From: Chthoniobacteraceae bacterium
Lineage (GTDB): Bacteria > Verrucomicrobiota > Verrucomicrobiia > Chthoniobacterales > Chthoniobacteraceae
DNA: 64,000 nucleotides
Assembly: GCA_031409655.1 (NCBI GenBank)
Contig: JANNXQ010000107.1
Span: 32,001-96,000, forward strand
Reading direction: 5' to 3'
Under the pieces are notes generated by a model, which saw only the letters and a list, made by a program, of their open reading frames with translations, was not told the DNA's origin and did not search any database. This document shows, in pieces, positions 38,461 through 48,885 of the stretch. The position numbers were made by a program, and so were the translations under genes. Positions within the stretch are counted from its first letter, which is position 1. Each line of letters opens with the position of its first letter.

Positions 38461-40230
38461 CTACGGTTTCGCGGGCCGCGTAAACACTTCGAAGCGGTCG
38501 CTGCTCACGGGGAAGGTTCCCTGCCCTTCGTAGTTCTGCTCTATCCAAGCCCGGGCAGCGCCTGCCCAGGCGCTGAAACGCGACTCATCGTGCCCATTCA
38601 CGGCCCACTCACTCAGGATGATGACGGCCGGCCGGTTTTGCTCGATCCGCGCGATCGCCTCCTGGCTCCAGCGCGCGCCGCGCGTGGCGTTGTCCACATA
38701 GACATCGCGCTCATAGGTCCGGAGGTTCGAGAGAAGATTCAGCGCCGGGTGATACGGGTACGCGACGAGATAATCGCCCGGCTGCGAGTGCGCGCGGATG
38801 GTCTCGCGGAGCGCGGCGAGGTTGAGCGCCTCACGTTTCGTGAGAAAAACGCGGACGCCATTTTCCGCTTCAAAGAGCGTGCGGCGATCCTTTCGCACCC
38901 AGATGGTGCCGGCCCAGCGATCCGGCCACATCCGCCAGAGGAAGATGGCGGCGTGACCGAGCAGCAACGCCGCGCAGAGGCGCGCGGTCCAGCCACGGAG
39001 ACCGAGCAGAAAGGGCGCGGTGGCGACCGCCGCCCAGAATGCGGGCGAAAATTCTGAGAGGTGCGGCGAGTCCGGACGGAAGAAAAAATACTGAGGAAAG
39101 ACAGTCAGCGCACCGCCAATCACGAGCAGCGCGGCGAGCGCCCTCGGGGCGGCATCCGGGACGGTTGACCCGAGCGCGCGGACCCACTGCCCCAGCGCTC
39201 CGATGGCGAGCGGCACCAGGCTGAAGAGGGGCAGATAGAGCAGCACCGCGAGCAGGCGTTGGTCTGCCGTCGGCGCGGCAAAGATGTCGCGCCAGCCTTT
39301 GCGGCGGAGGATTCCGCGACCGGCTGCGGCTTTCGCGATCGGCGCCTTGGCCGCTACGGGCTCCACAGGCGCGACTTTGGCCGCAGGCAGGGCAGGGCGC
39401 GGGGCCGGCGCGAGTCTGCGCAATTCGCCCACCATCATCTTCGGCCAGAGCGAATACTGCGCCGTGAAGGAAGCATCGTAGCCGCGCTTTCTCGCATCCG
39501 CGTAAAACGGCAGATGACACGCTACGACGATGCCAGTAAGCGCGAGCGGAGCACCGAGCACCGAGGTGATCCTGGCCCGTGCCGTGAGGCCGCGGTGGAG
39601 CGCACCGAGGATGCCGCCGCCCAGCCAGAGCGCGGTGAAAAAAATCCCGAGATCGACGCGGATCAGCCACGTCGCACCGAGGACGCCGCCACCGACGACC
39701 AGCCGCCACCACCGGTCGCGCCCTGCGAGCGTGAAGCCGAGCAACGCGGCGCTGTTCGCAACGGCCAGCAGCGGCATGTAATTCTTAAACGTCATGCCCG
39801 GCACGAGCACCGCCATGGTCGCGACGAGGAAGGCGAGCCACGGACGACGACTGGCGCGATCCACCATCCAGAAGACGAGCAGCGCCGTGATCGTCGCCAG
39901 CACAAAGCAGAAGGCCCGCAACGCCACGAAATCCACCCCGACCGTCTTGAAAAGACCGACAACCGGCCAGAACCAGAGCACATTGTAACCGCCGAGCGCG
40001 ACGTCGGTGAACGGGCGTTCGCCCGCGAGCATCCTCTGGGCGACGAGGGCCACCGTGCCCCCCTCGTCCCGGAAGTTCAGCCCGTGCTGGAAGTAGCTGG
40101 CGTAGTGGCTGACGGCGAAGATGCAGAGCAAGGCGAACCAGGCGCGCCGACTGGCGGCAAGTTGACGGAGGCGACCGTGCGAGGGTTGTTCAGTGGCGCA
40201 CGGCGCTCCGGCGCTGGGCGCATCGTTCAT
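38461..40230 (-). CDS. Multi-TM membrane protein, possible GT-C (ArnT/PMT-like) glycosyltransferase
   Basis: DEG...A.RML.GE.P..D after the first TM, many TMs, soluble C-terminus. Confidence 0.6.
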   Translation of the reverse strand: MNDAPSAGAPCATEQPSHGRLRQLAASRRAWFALLCIFAVSHYASYFQHGLNFRDEGGTVALVAQRMLAGERPFTDVALGGYNVLWFWPVVGLFKTVGVDFVALRAFCFVLATITALLVFWMVDRASRRPWLAFLVATMAVLVPGMTFKNYMPLLAVANSAALLGFTLAGRDRWWRLVVGGGVLGATWLIRVDLGIFFTALWLGGGILGALHRGLTARARITSVLGAPLALTGIVVACHLPFYADARKRGYDASFTAQYSLWPKMMVGELRRLAPAPRPALPAAKVAPVEPVAAKAPIAKAAAGRGILRRKGWRDIFAAPTADQRLLAVLLYLPLFSLVPLAIGALGQWVRALGSTVPDAAPRALAALLVIGGALTVFPQYFFFRPDSPHLSEFSPAFWAAVATAPFLLGLRGWTARLCAALLLGHAAIFLWRMWPDRWAGTIWVRKDRRTLFEAENGVRVFLTKREALNLAALRETIRAHSQPGDYLVAYPYHPALNLLSNLRTYERDVYVDNATRGARWSQEAIARIEQNRPAVIILSEWAVNGHDESRFSAWAGAARAWIEQNYEGQGTFPVSSDRFEVFTRPAKP

Positions 40231-40303
40231 GCATTCTGAAATAGGTGGGCAGGGGCGGCGTGTCCATGCCGCACGCAGGGCTTTTCCGCTTCAGGCCTGG
40301 GGT

Positions 40304-40340
40304 AAAAAAATGGGCGGCCCGGTTTTCACCGAGCCGCCCA
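40304..40340 (-). terminator. Rho-independent terminator of the thioredoxin-like gene
   Basis: Stem TGGGCGGC..GG / CC..GCCGCCCA followed by T7 on the minus strand, about 30 bp after the stop at 40372. Confidence 0.8.
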
Positions 40341-40371
40341 CCCAACCAATCAGGAAAATTTTACCGGGCGC

Positions 40372-40815
40372 TTATTTGCTCTTCAGTTCGTCGAGCTTCG
40401 CGAGGAAGGCTTTCGGTCCACCCTCCATGTAACCAAGTTGGCCGACCTTTTTCCCCTCGGGATTCAGGACGACGATCGTCGGATAGCCCCTCACGCTGTG
40501 CTCTTTCTGGAGCTTTTCATTTTGCTCCACGACCTTCTTTGGGAGCTTTTTGCCCTGCGGAAAATCGACCTCGACCAGGACCAGATTGTCCTTCGCGTAG
40601 GCTTTGAAGTCCGCCTTCGAGAAAACCTCCTTGTCGAGCTTGATGCACCAGCCGCACCAGTCCGAGCCGGTGAAATCGAGGAGCACCATTTTCTTCTCCG
40701 CTTTCGCCTGAGCGACGGCCTTTTCATAGTCATCGCCCCAGCCCGCAGCGGCCAGAGCAGCGGAGGTCAGGAGGGAAAGCACCGCGAGCGACGAAAGCAT
40801 GGATTTCATGAACAT
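40372..40815 (-). CDS. Exported thioredoxin-family thiol-disulfide protein
   Basis: Signal peptide; DFTGSDWCGWC, GYPT. Confidence 0.92.
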   Translation of the reverse strand: MFMKSMLSSLAVLSLLTSAALAAAGWGDDYEKAVAQAKAEKKMVLLDFTGSDWCGWCIKLDKEVFSKADFKAYAKDNLVLVEVDFPQGKKLPKKVVEQNEKLQKEHSVRGYPTIVVLNPEGKKVGQLGYMEGGPKAFLAKLDELKSK

Positions 40816-40928
40816 AGAGTGAATGGAAGTGAGGCTGAGACGCTCCCTTCTTTGGCCTGTTCAAAACTTTCCGGAAAAACTTTCCAGCCGCCTTTCCTCC
40901 TCCTCAAAAGCAGGAACTTTCCCGCCCG

Positions 40929-41588
40929 CTACACGCGTTCGCGCAACGGCTCAAAACCGATGTCGAAGAGATTCCCAGCGTTCTCCATCATCGTCGGCAC
41001 GGACGAGAGAAAGGATTCCCAGTCCTGCTCATTCACAAACTGCGTATCCCACATCGCGAAGACGCCGTCCGGCACCACATTGGAGGACTCGATCATCACG
41101 CGGATGTCCTTTTCCCAGTCCGCGATCTGGACGTAGCCGAGCACCGCGGACCGGCTGATGAGCGGACTGTAGGAGAAGCGCCCGAGCCAGGCGTCGCGCT
41201 CCTCCTGGGAGGGGAATTTCGCGTGGACGTGCGCGGACAGGGAGGTCACCGAGGTCGCCGGGAAATCCAGGAGCGCGTAGAAGCGCTGGAGCAGGTCGCA
41301 CATGATCTTCCAATCTCCCGCCGTGCGCGCGTTGCGGACGCCGAACTTCACCCGTTCCGCAGTGCGGCTGAAGGTGCCATTTTCGCCAAAAAACTGCGCC
41401 GAAAGCTCGTAGCCGAAGAGTTCATCCCAACGCTTCGTGCGCATCTGGTCCACGCGCAGGTTCAGCCCTTTGGCCGGGTCACAAAGCTTTGCGCCGAATT
41501 CCTCGAGCCGCGCCTGATTAAAGCCAACTGGCGAAAGAAAAGGGACATCGACGTTGATGCCGAAGATGTCGATGGGGACGATTTCCAT
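40929..41588 (-). CDS. Hypothetical protein
   Basis: 219-aa ORF with protein-like composition and strong GC3 bias; no motif recognised. Confidence 0.7.
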   Translation of the reverse strand: MEIVPIDIFGINVDVPFLSPVGFNQARLEEFGAKLCDPAKGLNLRVDQMRTKRWDELFGYELSAQFFGENGTFSRTAERVKFGVRNARTAGDWKIMCDLLQRFYALLDFPATSVTSLSAHVHAKFPSQEERDAWLGRFSYSPLISRSAVLGYVQIADWEKDIRVMIESSNVVPDGVFAMWDTQFVNEQDWESFLSSVPTMMENAGNLFDIGFEPLRERV

Positions 41589-41683
41589 GGGGCGGAGAGG
41601 CTACGGAAGACCGGTCTTTCTGCACGCTCAAATTTCCCCGGCGCGAGCGAAGTCTCGCAGCGTCCCGAGTCGCGCGCCGTTTT

Positions 41684-42016
41684 TCAGATGCCCATGTTGG
41701 AAAGCGTCACCGCGATGCGATTGACGATTTCGACGAGCCGCGGATGGGATGCCTCGAAGCCCTCCACCGAAGCCGTGAGTCCCTTGAGCGCCGCTTCCGT
41801 CTGGTCCGGCTTGCGAGCCTGGCGCGTGGCCTCGTGGACGGAGGCATCCGTGAAGCGCGCGATGCTCTGCGCGTCCTCGCGGTGGTCGCCCGTCAGCGGC
41901 GCCACCTCGGCTTTGAGGTCCGCGAGCAGGCTCAGAAGTTCGGCCCGTGTGGCCTCCGGCAAATTCCCCGCGCTCTGGAGCGTGGCTTCGATCTTCGCGA
42001 TTCGGTCTTGGATCAT
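41684..42016 (-). CDS. DUF4404-like small protein
   Basis: C-terminal FEASHPRL...VN.I...LSNMGI. Confidence 0.75.
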   Translation of the reverse strand: MIQDRIAKIEATLQSAGNLPEATRAELLSLLADLKAEVAPLTGDHREDAQSIARFTDASVHEATRQARKPDQTEAALKGLTASVEGFEASHPRLVEIVNRIAVTLSNMGI

Positions 42017-42059
42017 GGATGAAAGGGTAAGTGATGCTGCGCGTTTGGCGAAGACCCGA

Positions 42060-42758
42060 TTAGCGCGGGCGGACGATCAGCTCTTCGACGATCGCGCGCG
42101 ATGGCAGATGAATCGCGAGCAGCGCGCACTCCGCGATGTCTTCGGGCTGCATCATCCGCGCCCGGGCGGCCGCGTCGGGTGGCGCGGGACGCTTGTCGAG
42201 GATCGGCGTATCGATGTCGCCGGGAAAAATGGAGGTGGCGCGGACGCCCCGGCCGCGCTCCTCGGCGTTGATCGCCTGCGTGAGTCCCGCCATGCCGAAT
42301 TTTGAAATAACGTAGCCCGGTCCAGCCTTCGGGCTCGCGATGCGCCCCGCCTCGGAGACGATGTTCACAATCGTGCCCGAGCCCCGCGCGCGCATGTCCG
42401 GCAGCACCGCCTGCACACAATAGTACGCGCCGTTCAGGTTCGCGTTCATCATCTCGTGGTAGTCCGCATACGTGAGCACCTCCAGCGAGCGCTGCGGGAC
42501 ATTGGTGCCGGCGGCATTCACGAGCACCTCCACGCTCCCGAGTTCGGCGAATACCTTGCGTCCCATAGCGTCCACGGCTTCCGCGTCACCAATGTCGCAG
42601 GGGCAAACGAATCCGCCACTGGCCTGCGCCGCGACGGCTTCGAGCACTTCGCGCCGGCGCCCGACGAGAGCCACGCGCCATCCTTCTTTCGCAAGCGCGC
42701 TGGCGATGGCAGCACCGACGCCGCTGCCCGCTCCGGTGATGAGAGCTGTCTTCGGCAT
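42060..42758 (-). CDS. SDR oxidoreductase
   Basis: TGAGSGVG, VNAAG, YVISK, PGDIDT. Confidence 0.92.
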   Translation of the reverse strand: MPKTALITGAGSGVGAAIASALAKEGWRVALVGRRREVLEAVAAQASGGFVCPCDIGDAEAVDAMGRKVFAELGSVEVLVNAAGTNVPQRSLEVLTYADYHEMMNANLNGAYYCVQAVLPDMRARGSGTIVNIVSEAGRIASPKAGPGYVISKFGMAGLTQAINAEERGRGVRATSIFPGDIDTPILDKRPAPPDAAARARMMQPEDIAECALLAIHLPSRAIVEELIVRPR

Positions 42759-42760
42759 AC

Positions 42761-43843
42761 TCAGGAGGCTGGCACTTCAACCCACGCGCCCGTTTCCGCC
42801 GAGCGCACTGCGGCATCGGTGACGGCTTGGGTGCGCACGCCATCGTAGAAGCTCGGAACGCACGGACGCTCATTGCGGATGGCATCGATGAACTCGAACG
42901 CCTGATCGTAGCGGAAGGTGACGAGCGGATCGCCTGCAAAGGGATCGCGCGGCGAGCCGGGCCACACCCAGAATTCCTCCGGCACGCCGATCGGCATCAA
43001 GCCCGGTCCGCCGCGCTTCCCATACATCAGCTTGCGCCAGTTGCCGGTCGTGAATTCGAAAGTGCCTTCGCTGCCGTTCAGCTCCACGGAATCGAGCGAA
43101 CGCCACGATTCATTCCGCCCGCTGGCCAGCTTCGAACTCTCCAGTACGCCCGTCGCGCCATTTTGAAATTCACCGAGGATCGCCACCCAATCGTCGAGGT
43201 CGCTCGGGTGTCCCTCCCGGTCGTGGACGAGATTTTTCGTCTGCGCCACGAGGCGCTTCATCGGTCCCACAAGATGCTGCGCAAAGTCGATCCGGTGCGA
43301 GAGCATGTCGCCGAGTTCGCCAGTGCCCGCGAGCTTCTTCACCTGCCGCCAGCCGAGATTGCGCGTGCCCCAATCCTGCAACCGGCAGGAGCGGTAGTGA
43401 TACGGCTGGCCGAGGTCGCCCCGCTTGATGAGGTGCCCGAGGTAGCGCATCGCGGGGACGAAACGATACGTGAAGGCCGTCATGTGCCGCACCTTCGCGG
43501 CGTCGGCAGCATCGGCCATCCCTTTCGCCTCCGCATGGCTCATCGCGAGCGGCTTCTCGGAGAGCACGTGTTTGCTGGCGGCGATCGCCGCGTGGGCGAT
43601 CGGCGCGTGCAGAAAATTTGGCGTAGCGATGATCACTGCATGGACGTCGTCGCGCTGCACGATCTCTTCGTAGTTCGTGGAAGTGACAGTGATGCCGGTG
43701 TCGCGGCTCGCGCGCTCGAGGGTCTCGGGATTGCTGTCGCAGAGCGCGATGACCTTGGTCTCGGCGCAGAGCGCGATACCGGGCAGATGGTTTTGCAGCG
43801 TGATTCCGCCGCAACCGACGATGGCGATGCCGAGGGGTTTCAT
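42761..43843 (-). CDS. Gfo/Idh/MocA oxidoreductase
   Basis: IVGCGGI, ATPN..H, HVLSEKP, G.LGD..SH.ID. Start ATG 43843. Confidence 0.92.
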   Translation of the reverse strand: MKPLGIAIVGCGGITLQNHLPGIALCAETKVIALCDSNPETLERASRDTGITVTSTNYEEIVQRDDVHAVIIATPNFLHAPIAHAAIAASKHVLSEKPLAMSHAEAKGMADAADAAKVRHMTAFTYRFVPAMRYLGHLIKRGDLGQPYHYRSCRLQDWGTRNLGWRQVKKLAGTGELGDMLSHRIDFAQHLVGPMKRLVAQTKNLVHDREGHPSDLDDWVAILGEFQNGATGVLESSKLASGRNESWRSLDSVELNGSEGTFEFTTGNWRKLMYGKRGGPGLMPIGVPEEFWVWPGSPRDPFAGDPLVTFRYDQAFEFIDAIRNERPCVPSFYDGVRTQAVTDAAVRSAETGAWVEVPAS

Positions 43844-43884
43844 GGAAGCGCGCGGTTGTCGCAGTCGTGCCGGTGCGCCGCAAG

Positions 43885-45072
43885 TCAGCTTTTCTCCGCG
43901 CCGCCGCGGATCGTCTTCTGAAAAAGTTCGATGAGGGCGCGCGCCGCCCGCAGGCGTTCGTAGCGCGCGTCGAAGCAAGCGCGCGCCCGCGCCCGCATCT
44001 GCGGCTTCGCCGCTTCGTCGAGATCGATCCAGCGCTGCAGCAGCCGCGTGGTGCCCGCGAGATCGTCGCGATCGGCAAAGCCCGCGCCGTCGCCCACGAC
44101 CTCGCGCCAGATGTTCACTTGGTTTGAAGTGAGCACCGGTGTGCCGCAGGCCAGAGCTTCGACCACCGCGACGCCGAAATTTTCCTGATGCGACGGCAGG
44201 ATAAACGCATCCGCCGCGCGAAAGGCGCCCCACTTCGCCTCGCCGGAAACCATGTCGCCCCAAAGGATGTCGGGCGCTCCGGATTCGTTCCGCGACTTCT
44301 CCTCCAGCCGCGCGCGATAACCCGGATCGGCACACGGCCCCGCGAGCACGACGCAATATTTCTCCCGCTGCCACGCCTCCTGACTGCGCACGGCGCGGAG
44401 TGCTTCGACCAGCAGATCACATCCTTTCTTCTCGTGAATCCTTCCGAGAAAAAGCAGCACCCGGCGGCCTCGCGCCGCGGGCAGCCACTCGTGGAAAGCC
44501 TGCTTTTGCCGCTCCGCATCGCCCGTCGGCGCCGCGATCCCGAGCGGCACCACGGCCTTCCGACAGCGGAAGGGCGTAAAGGAGCACCGCGAATTTCGCC
44601 ACTCCTCATCGGACGTGAAAATGACCGCCGCAGCCTGCTCCATCGCGCGATGCTGCCACAGCCACCAATACACACATTTCTTCAGATGCTTCAGCGGGTA
44701 AGTGCGTCGAAACCAGACATCCAGCATCCCGTGCGGGAAGAGAAAATAGGGAGTCCTCGTGCCAGCCAGGGCTTTGGAAGTGCCGACGCTGTGGTGCTGC
44801 CAAACGCCATTCGCGATGACGACGTCGTATTCCCCAGCATGCTCGCGCAGCCACGGCACGAAACGCGCCGAGTAGCCAAAGCTCCCCTTGCCCGGCCCGA
44901 GCGCATGCACTTTCACCGCGCACTGCCCGACCCACGGATCATCCGGCCTATCCAGCGAGGCGATCTCGACGCTGTGCCCGAGTTCCCGATGCGCCGCCGC
45001 CAATTGTACGACCGCCTCACTGGTCCCGCCGGTCGCGGGATTGATGCTATGGATGGTGTGCAGGATGCGCAC
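43885..45072 (-). CDS. GT4 glycosyltransferase
   Basis: RILH..S..P..GG, PHGMLD, LGRIHEKKG, PSHQENFG..VVEALACG. Confidence 0.9.
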   Translation of the reverse strand: MRILHTIHSINPATGGTSEAVVQLAAAHRELGHSVEIASLDRPDDPWVGQCAVKVHALGPGKGSFGYSARFVPWLREHAGEYDVVIANGVWQHHSVGTSKALAGTRTPYFLFPHGMLDVWFRRTYPLKHLKKCVYWWLWQHRAMEQAAAVIFTSDEEWRNSRCSFTPFRCRKAVVPLGIAAPTGDAERQKQAFHEWLPAARGRRVLLFLGRIHEKKGCDLLVEALRAVRSQEAWQREKYCVVLAGPCADPGYRARLEEKSRNESGAPDILWGDMVSGEAKWGAFRAADAFILPSHQENFGVAVVEALACGTPVLTSNQVNIWREVVGDGAGFADRDDLAGTTRLLQRWIDLDEAAKPQMRARARACFDARYERLRAARALIELFQKTIRGGAEKS

Positions 45073-45170
45073 GAAGGCGGGATGAGGTGACGGACGGAAA
45101 TGCAGCGGCACTTTCTCGGTGAGAAATGCACCGCCCGTCGAGCCCGCCGTGGCAACCCCGCGATCCGCCC

Positions 45171-47396
45171 TTACTTCGCCGCCACCGTCGGCGCGACCGG
45201 CGAGAAGGTCTCGATGTAGCCGATCATCATCTCCTCATACGTCTGCTGCCCCCAGTGGACGGTCTTCGTCGGATCGGGGTTCGCCTTGTTCGCGGGGCTG
45301 TTGTCAAACACGGCCGTGACGCGCAGGGTGCTGCCGCGCGGAATGAAACGCGGCTCGGCGAGATCGTAGCGGATCTGCCAGTTGAAATCGTAACGCGGAA
45401 TATCGAGCAGCGTCTCAGCGGTGCCGTCGGCCTTCATCAACTCGTATTTGAAGGCTTTCCCGCGCACATGCATGTGCGCGACAAAGGCCATCACGTTGAG
45501 GTCGATCGGCACTTTCCGCGACGCGGTCTCCACGTGGTCCGCGGCTCCCGGTGGAATGTTCAGATCGCGATCCGGCAGCGCGACGGTCTCGACCAGATAA
45601 CGTGGCGTCTCTTTCGCGAAGATCAGGCCCATGCGCAATTGGTCCTGAGTCGCCTTGCCACTCGGGGTGTAATGAATCTGAAAGCTCACCCTGCTCCCTG
45701 CGGGCAGCTTGCGCGCAAAGCCCGAGGGATAGACCTGCGAGCCATTCCCCGGGACATACGCCGCCCAATAACCACCAAGGCCTTCCTCCCGGTCGCGCAC
45801 CTTACCGGTGCCTTTCGCGTGTACGTTCACGATGACGTGATGCACCACACTGCGATCCGTCGGGAGGATCTCGTAACCTTGCACCCATTTATCTTCAGTC
45901 AGTGTCGTCTCCGCGGTGATGAATTGATAAGGCATATACCCCTCCGCCTTCACCGCGATGGGTCGCGGTAGTTGCACAATGTAATCCGGCTTCCCGATCG
46001 TCCACTCTTCTGGAAAGACGAGCTTCGCGGGGGCCTCGGCGGGATTTCCCAGCGGACGATCCGCCGACCCGATCCACGCGAGCAGGTCCGCCTTGTCGCG
46101 TTCGGCAAGAGAGCAGTCATTCGCCCAGGGGTTCGGCGAGCCCGCCTTCACCGGCGCGGCAAACCACGGCGGCATCGTCCGCTCCGAGACCACGCGTTCG
46201 ATGACCTTCGCGCGATCCTTCACTTCCGCGAGGTCATCAAGAGGGAAAGGCGCGATGCCCTGGTCGCGATGGCACGTCACGCAATTCAGCTGCAAGATCC
46301 GCGCGACATCGCGGTGATACGTCACCTCAGTCGTCGCGCGATTTCCCGCCTCCGGAATGTCCAGTTCACAGCCCGGAGCTTCGGTCGCGACGATCGCGGG
46401 CCGCTGGCTCGCGAGCATCGCGGTGACCGCGTCGCGGAGATACTTCGTGCGCGGAGCGTCGAGGTTGTAATTCACGCCATACTGATCATCGAGCGCACCG
46501 CGGTAGAGCAGCGTGCGCGTCGCATCGAGGAGGAAAACCTCCGTCGTCGTGCGAGCACCGAGCGCAGTGGCGAGCTTCTTTTCCTGGTCACGCACATAAG
46601 GTGCCGCAAGCCCGGCCGCCATGAGTTGCGCCTGGATGTCCTCCCGGCGATCGCTCGCATAGGGATTCACGAGCAAAAGCCCCACGCCCTGCACCCGCAG
46701 ATCCTTCTCCAGCGTCGCCAGCGAAGGCGCATAGCGTTTACTCACCGGGCACGTCGCACTCGTCATCGCGATCACCAATCCATTTTTCCCCGCGACCTCG
46801 CTCAGCTTCCGCGGCGCGCCCTGCAGATCCACAAAGTTCAGCTCCTCGATCATCCGGCCCACGCCGACATCTCCGCCTTTCAAGATCCGCGGCCCACTCG
46901 TCACCGGCTGCGCCACCGCAGGCGCCGTGCTGGCGGGAGTCGTCGGCAATTCGCCACCGAGTCGGCTGTACCTTTCCAGTGCCTCCGATGCCTCAGCACG
47001 CGTGATGCGGCCATCACCGTCACCGTCCACCGCGAGCAGTCGCCGGGCCTTTCCGGGCAGTTCATCGGCCGTCAGCGCGCCATCGCCATTTGTGTCCAGA
47101 TATTTGAAAAGTTGTTCTCCCGTTTGCTTTCCGGAGTCCGACTCCGCCGGCGAGACCGCGCCGGCCACCAACCCACGCGTCGTCTCCTCGAGCGTGATCA
47201 CTCCGTCCTTGTCCCGATCAAATCGCGCGAAGGTCGCCGCGTCCGGCAATTCGTCAGGAGTCACCTTGCCGTCGCTGTTTTTATCAAAGCGCTTAAAGAC
47301 CGCACCCACCCCGCCCAGCCCCTGGGCATTTGCAACATGGGAGGCCGCGAGGGCGGCAACGACGAGGAGTGGCAATTTCAGGCGTGGAAAGTTCAT
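45171..47396 (-). CDS. Secreted EF-hand + redoxin + c-type heme + Cu type II monooxygenase-like multidomain protein
   Basis: Signal peptide; four DxxxDG loops; TCPVS..YRGALDDQY..GC; CVTCH; VHH, QIHY, HMH, EEMM. Confidence 0.8.
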   Translation of the reverse strand: MNFPRLKLPLLVVAALAASHVANAQGLGGVGAVFKRFDKNSDGKVTPDELPDAATFARFDRDKDGVITLEETTRGLVAGAVSPAESDSGKQTGEQLFKYLDTNGDGALTADELPGKARRLLAVDGDGDGRITRAEASEALERYSRLGGELPTTPASTAPAVAQPVTSGPRILKGGDVGVGRMIEELNFVDLQGAPRKLSEVAGKNGLVIAMTSATCPVSKRYAPSLATLEKDLRVQGVGLLLVNPYASDRREDIQAQLMAAGLAAPYVRDQEKKLATALGARTTTEVFLLDATRTLLYRGALDDQYGVNYNLDAPRTKYLRDAVTAMLASQRPAIVATEAPGCELDIPEAGNRATTEVTYHRDVARILQLNCVTCHRDQGIAPFPLDDLAEVKDRAKVIERVVSERTMPPWFAAPVKAGSPNPWANDCSLAERDKADLLAWIGSADRPLGNPAEAPAKLVFPEEWTIGKPDYIVQLPRPIAVKAEGYMPYQFITAETTLTEDKWVQGYEILPTDRSVVHHVIVNVHAKGTGKVRDREEGLGGYWAAYVPGNGSQVYPSGFARKLPAGSRVSFQIHYTPSGKATQDQLRMGLIFAKETPRYLVETVALPDRDLNIPPGAADHVETASRKVPIDLNVMAFVAHMHVRGKAFKYELMKADGTAETLLDIPRYDFNWQIRYDLAEPRFIPRGSTLRVTAVFDNSPANKANPDPTKTVHWGQQTYEEMMIGYIETFSPVAPTVAAK

Positions 47397-47497
47397 CGGG
47401 TACTTGAACGCCGGTCACGGCCAACGGTTACGCGCAACGAGTATTTAATTCCAACCCGCCAGCCTTGGACCCAATCCGCAGCGGCCAAGCTCCCCTC

Positions 47498-48415
47498 TCA
47501 TTTTCGCGCCTTTTGACCCGCTCGCTGGGTCAGCGCCACAATGGCTGGGTGGGTGAGACGGCGCTCGGCGGTGATTGCGAAAAACTGGGTCACGATCGCA
47601 GGCGTCCGCCCGAGGGAGACGAAACCATACCGCTCGATGGCTTCCGCGGCGACGGCGGTGGGAATCACCACGAACCCCAAGCCATCCGTGCCCGCGATCT
47701 TGGCCAGCGCATGATCTTCAAACTCGCCCACCACGCGGGGCTCGATCGCCACGCTCCGGAACCATCGCTCAAGGTCCCGCCGGAGACTGCAATTTTGCGT
47801 GGGGAGCAGCCCCGGGGCTTCGTGAAGATTGCGGGGAAACCTTCCCTTCAGCGTCCGCGCGAGGCCCGGCATCGCGCAAAAGGTGATGTCGCTGCTGCTC
47901 AGCAAATGGTTGAAGACCTTGCCGCTCTGGCTCGGGGAAGCAGGCTCGTCGGAGAGCACGACATCGACCCGGTGCGTGGTGAGTTGGGCCAAAAGTTCCG
48001 CCAGCTTGCCCTCATGACAGGTGAGGTGGATGGGTGGGTCGTGCTCAAAGATCGGCCGCAGGATGTCGAAGCTCATCAGTTTCGGAAACGAATCGACGAT
48101 GCCCGCGTGCAGCCGCAGTGAACGCGCCGTGGGCGCCTGCTTCGCCGCGCGCAGCACTTCGCCCCCGAGGGTGAAGATCTCCTCCGCGTAGCCGAAAATG
48201 ATCTGCCCAAACTCGGTGAGCACCGACGACCGGCCACTCGGGCGGAAGAGATCTTCGCCGAGCGCCGTCTCGAGGAGCTGGATCTGGGTGCAAATGGACG
48301 GCTGCGAGACGTGCAACCTCTCCGCCGCGCGGCGGAGGCTGCCTTCTTTCGCCACCGTCCAAAAGTACCGCAGGTGGTGGTAGTTGAGAAATTCGGGAGC
48401 GGGCGAGTGTTCCAT
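47498..48415 (-). CDS. nhaR: NhaR-like LysR regulator
   Basis: LNYHHLRYFW.VAKEGS, YAEEIF.LG.E, L..H.VDVVLSD.P, EFED.AL.K, ERRL.HPA. Confidence 0.82.
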   Translation of the reverse strand: MEHSPAPEFLNYHHLRYFWTVAKEGSLRRAAERLHVSQPSICTQIQLLETALGEDLFRPSGRSSVLTEFGQIIFGYAEEIFTLGGEVLRAAKQAPTARSLRLHAGIVDSFPKLMSFDILRPIFEHDPPIHLTCHEGKLAELLAQLTTHRVDVVLSDEPASPSQSGKVFNHLLSSSDITFCAMPGLARTLKGRFPRNLHEAPGLLPTQNCSLRRDLERWFRSVAIEPRVVGEFEDHALAKIAGTDGLGFVVIPTAVAAEAIERYGFVSLGRTPAIVTQFFAITAERRLTHPAIVALTQRAGQKARK

Positions 48416-48498
48416 TTAGCAGAAGTGTTCGTGAGTGAGTTCGTCATATTCAAACCACGGGAGTCTGTCGAGATTGGCGCCCTTCCAAAATCCATCCG

Positions 48499-48852
48499 AT
48501 GAAACTCGTCCTCAAACATCTCCATCACACGCCCTCCGCCTCCCTCAATGCCTTGATCGACAAGCATCTGGAAGAATTCGGGAAATCGCTGCAGATCGAA
48601 GAAGCACGAGTCGTGGTCGAGCGCCGCCTCAACGCGAGTCCCGCCTTTCACGTCAGCGTGCATTTCGTCACACCCGGCCCGGATGTCTTCGCGGAGGCGA
48701 TGGACCACACCCTGCGCGCCGCGCTGCAAAAGACGGTCGAGAAACTCGAGACCTCCATCGGTCACCGGCACGACAAGCAAAAGCGGCCTCCTCGCGCCTC
48801 TCTCAAGAGCGCGCCAACGGCCCGGATCACATCCGCTGCAACTCGCCGCTGA
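48499..48852 (+). CDS. HPF/RaiA (S30AE)-like protein
   Basis: Short beta-alpha-beta-beta-beta-alpha-like pattern (PGPD..AE..D.TL.AAL.K..KL) and position divergent from nhaR. Confidence 0.6.
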   Translation: MKLVLKHLHHTPSASLNALIDKHLEEFGKSLQIEEARVVVERRLNASPAFHVSVHFVTPGPDVFAEAMDHTLRAALQKTVEKLETSIGHRHDKQKRPPRASLKSAPTARITSAATRR

Positions 48853-48885
48853 TCGCGAATACTCACCCACACTTCACCCATCTTC

